DNA of 64,000 nt, from NCBI GenBank assembly GCA_963759805.1, contig CAVXAT010000002.1, forward strand, positions 96,001-160,000, read 5' to 3'. Numbering within the stretch: the first letter of the stretch is position 1; each line of letters begins with the position of its first letter. This DNA is from an uncultured bacterium (GTDB lineage Bacteria; Babelota; Babeliae; Babelales; RVW-14). The position numbers were made by a program, and so were the translations under genes. Below are positions 61,088-64,000 of the stretch, one piece after another. The notes beneath the pieces are model-generated. The model had not been told where the DNA came from and ran no database searches. It saw nothing but the letters and a program-made list of their open reading frames with translations.

Positions 61088-63004
61088 TTATAAACCTTGT
61101 TGTTCTACATCCGAATTTGTTAATTTGGACAATTCACCATTAGTTTTAAAAACTCTTTGCTTATGCTCTTTTTGACGATGCTTGGTCCAAGCTGAAACCG
61201 GTGTGAAGTACCCAATAATTCTGGTTAAATAATCAACAATCTGATCACCACAAACAGGACAATTCTTAACTTGTCCTGCTATTGTAACGTGGCTATTTTT
61301 GCAGCGACAAAAATTATAGTTAACCGCAAAGTGCTCGCATCCGCACTCGATTGCATACTTTACTAAACGTTCCATCTGTGATGTATGGGTAAGCTTTTCT
61401 CCTATATTCAAGTGTGAAATTCCGCCGCCGGTCAATGCACGTGAAAACTCTCCATCAAGTTTTACGCGCTCTGAGATATCACAATCAACCCAAAGTGGAA
61501 TAAACTGATTCGCATACAATGGATAATCCATGCCGTAAAGCAATCTGTCCTTTGCTGCAAATTTTACAGCCAAGCTTTCTGCCGGAACCTGCTCGATATT
61601 AAATGGATTCCCAGTCTCTTTGCTTGCCTTATGCGAGTAGTCCTTAATAAATTTTAAAATTTTGTGAGCTAATGCTTTGCCCTGCGCTGAAAGCATGGTA
61701 AAGCCCATCTCATTGACACACTCATAAACCCCATTTAATCCAAATGTACTAAACATACGGGCTTCATGCATAATTCCATAATTAAAGAATGGTAAAAATC
61801 CGGCTGCAATATTTGCTTTTAAGAGTTTACGATGCGCACTCAGTAACATTTTTGCGTCATCAAGATTTTTTTGCAAAAGCTTAAACAGAACCTCTTCTGA
61901 TTTTCTAGATAAACGGCCAATACGTGCAAGATTTAAGGTAACAACTCTGTGTGACCCAAGAGACACGCCTCCATTACCAAAACTGTCAACGCCTGCTAAA
62001 TCCAAGTCATTGACCAATCTACAACAGCTTGCAATTTTATTGCCCGAAGAGATATAAATATTGAAACAGCCCTTTTCAAGATTGATATTGGAAAAATATT
62101 CAAATGATTTTTGATCAACAATTTGTTGATTCTCATCAATGCGAATATTCAATGTAACAACCGGAAAGCGGTAAGGCAGCCCTGTTTTGGGATCGCCGCA
62201 TTTAAACCAATCACAAAAAATGTGCTGCACCTCTGCAATCAGATCAATATCAGGTTTGGAACCGTCCGGGTAACAGACATCGGCAAATAGATGCTCAAGA
62301 TTTGGTTTGTCAAAAATTGAAAGGTTTGTAAATGGGGACTGAAATGATGGACGTAATTTCTTATTCAAAGTGTGAACCAAAGATTGAAAATCATTTTCAA
62401 CAGCTTTTCGATCTTCCTCCTTTGATAAATCCAAATTCTCTTTTTTAACAAAATATGAGTAGTTTACAAAAAAATCTCCAATCGCTATCGCGCCACCGGC
62501 CTGCTGAGCCAACTCAATTGTCACCTCTTTGACTTGGTCAATAAACGAACGGCAATGCTTTGCAGGCAGTGAATGCAACTGCCCCCATCGACTACCTTCA
62601 AATAGAATAAATGATGTTGAGTACGCCCAACAGTAAGGAACCATGATGGAAGTACTGTCGTGAAAATAAAGATCACCATACCAGATGGAGGTCATCAGAT
62701 CTGCTGCACGACCCAAGCCAACCTCTTTGACCAAAATATTGTACAACTCATAATAACCAATAAGCTTGTACCAACTTTTTGCGATTTCGCTTAAATAGTT
62801 TCCGTACGCTTTGGATTCACTTACATTTGCATTATCATCAATTGACATCTCTGCAGTATGTTTACTCATGTACATCTGTGCCATATTTGGAATATCAAGT
62901 TGATGCGGCGCAATTCCTTCGACATCTAAAATGGCTTCGGACATCTGATTATAAACATCTATAAATTCCTTAGAAAAGGTTACTGGCAATTTTGACAGAT
63001 CCAT
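61088..63004 (-). CDS. nrdD: Anaerobic (class III) ribonucleotide reductase, no ATP-cone
   Basis: YFHD, PYC, QSPFTN, FPVVT, SCCRL, PAES, CPVCG, TRIIGY glycyl-radical motif; likely start MDLSK. Confidence 0.92.
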   Translation of the reverse strand: MDLSKLPVTFSKEFIDVYNQMSEAILDVEGIAPHQLDIPNMAQMYMSKHTAEMSIDDNANVSESKAYGNYLSEIAKSWYKLIGYYELYNILVKEVGLGRAADLMTSIWYGDLYFHDSTSIMVPYCWAYSTSFILFEGSRWGQLHSLPAKHCRSFIDQVKEVTIELAQQAGGAIAIGDFFVNYSYFVKKENLDLSKEEDRKAVENDFQSLVHTLNKKLRPSFQSPFTNLSIFDKPNLEHLFADVCYPDGSKPDIDLIAEVQHIFCDWFKCGDPKTGLPYRFPVVTLNIRIDENQQIVDQKSFEYFSNINLEKGCFNIYISSGNKIASCCRLVNDLDLAGVDSFGNGGVSLGSHRVVTLNLARIGRLSRKSEEVLFKLLQKNLDDAKMLLSAHRKLLKANIAAGFLPFFNYGIMHEARMFSTFGLNGVYECVNEMGFTMLSAQGKALAHKILKFIKDYSHKASKETGNPFNIEQVPAESLAVKFAAKDRLLYGMDYPLYANQFIPLWVDCDISERVKLDGEFSRALTGGGISHLNIGEKLTHTSQMERLVKYAIECGCEHFAVNYNFCRCKNSHVTIAGQVKNCPVCGDQIVDYLTRIIGYFTPVSAWTKHRQKEHKQRVFKTNGELSKLTNSDVEQQGL

Positions 63005-63438
63005 GATCCACCTACTTTCTTTAAATATCTTTGATTTTTTGACGCAGGAAAACCTTTTACAAAAAGATCTTGCCTGAAAGGTCCACACACAATCATATCG
63101 ATATTATCGATCAATTCCTGTGGTAGATCCTCAAATTCTCTTCCCGTGTAAAGAGCCTTGTAAAGTAAAATCTTTTTGCAAAGCTCTATTAAAAAATCCA
63201 TTTGATCCGTTGGCTCCCCTCCCAAAAAAACTACACTCTCCGCTAACAAATTACTTTTTATTTTGGACAAAACTTCATTCATTGATGTCAGAGTATCATC
63301 ATTTCGTTCCCACAAAATAGAATTTTGGCATTCTTTGCAGCGAATACTGCAACCGGAAAAATAGATAGCTACAGCAATCCTGTCCGGAACATCGATGAAG
63401 GACGTACAAGTACGAACTATGTATGCACTCCTGTCCAT
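62980..63438 (-). CDS. nrdG: Class III RNR activase (radical SAM)
   Basis: GCSIRCKECQN, GGEP, YTG, SKNQR. Confidence 0.9.
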   Translation of the reverse strand: MDRSAYIVRTCTSFIDVPDRIAVAIYFSGCSIRCKECQNSILWERNDDTLTSMNEVLSKIKSNLLAESVVFLGGEPTDQMDFLIELCKKILLYKALYTGREFEDLPQELIDNIDMIVCGPFRQDLFVKGFPASKNQRYLKKVGGSWICQNCQ

Positions 63439-63713
63439 AAAACCCTTTGATAATAAAAATTTCTTAAAAATTTAAATGAGCCACTACCCCAAAATTCACA
63501 CAAATTTTATTGCAATATTTTTTGAGTCACAGGTCATCTTACCAGACTCCACAGAGTAGCTCAAGCAAGATTTTTTTAAAGTTAAATTAGCTTGGTTTAT
63601 ACAGGATAAGTAGATAAATTTTATTTATGAACAGCGCGTGAATCAACGCTAAGAAAAATTAGAAAAGGAGATACAAAATGCCAGTGCCTGTTTACCCCAA
63701 AATTATCTTATTT

Positions 63714-63998
63714 TTACTTCTCCAAACCAAGCAAAAACTTACAAATTTTTTTACCTCTTGAATCATATCCAAATTTGGTAAAATTATCCAAACACTTGGG
63801 ATGTGCTATATCCGGACTTGATGTGATTGTAAAGTCAAATATTTTTAGCGGTTTGTTTAAATCAACCTTTCTAGAACCTTTTACATCAGCCGCACAAACT
63901 AAAGTTATAAGTTTAAGCAGTCTTGAATCCAGTTTCTTTTCATAATCAGCCCAAACAAGAACTTTGTAAATATTTGCAAAAAAATCATATATAGCAGG
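63714..63998 (-). CDS. 3' end of a hypothetical protein running off the window
   Basis: Open frame from the window edge PAIYDFFANIYK...FLLGLEK*; no recognisable motif. Confidence 0.45.
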   Translation of the reverse strand, partial: PAIYDFFANIYKVLVWADYEKKLDSRLLKLITLVCAADVKGSRKVDLNKPLKIFDFTITSSPDIAHPKCLDNFTKFGYDSRGKKICKFLLGLEK

Positions 63999-64000
63999 CT

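Noticed and set aside
454..63320. Numerous 60-170 aa ORFs overlapping longer genes
   Set aside because: Antisense or alternative-frame shadows of well-supported genes, with no motifs (frameshift pieces are merged in the feature list)
63439..63600. NrdR boxes upstream of nrdG
   Set aside because: Only weak AT-rich matches; cannot be supported by eye

Overview
AT-rich bacterial chromosomal window. Its gene content (bacterial NurA, FUN14 protein, lone GspE/PilB ATPase, many signal-peptide-bearing WD40/PLD proteins) resembles Candidatus Dependentiae (TM6/Babeliae) protist parasites; this assignment is an inference. Positions 1.4-34.5 kb hold a cluster of about 28 glycan-related genes: 4 GT2, 4 GT4, 2 NodZ/GT23-like, GT10, GT25, 2 pyruvyltransferases, 3 Bmt/GH130-like propellers, a methyltransferase, 2 circularly permuted ATP-grasp ligases, ugd, gmd and fcl. 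Essentially every product, including the normally cytoplasmic nucleotide-sugar enzymes, starts with a signal-peptide-like segment, and the cluster has no flippase, polymerase or priming transferase. This suggests an exported glycosylation system. The cluster also contains an intact IS982-family insertion, gene relics, a duplicated upstream+signal-peptide cassette and a frameshift-rich segment (8.9-19.5 kb). The rest of the window is housekeeping (ychF, miaB, tRNA-Cys, tRNA-Leu, add, HU, uvrC, bamD, yraN, ftsL/ftsI, cysS, nrdDG) interspersed with secreted effector-like genes (G1 peptidase, PLD, four WD40 proteins). A family of 36-nt GC-rich hairpin elements, nested in a second palindromic repeat family, is inserted in-frame in nurA, miaB and uvrC.
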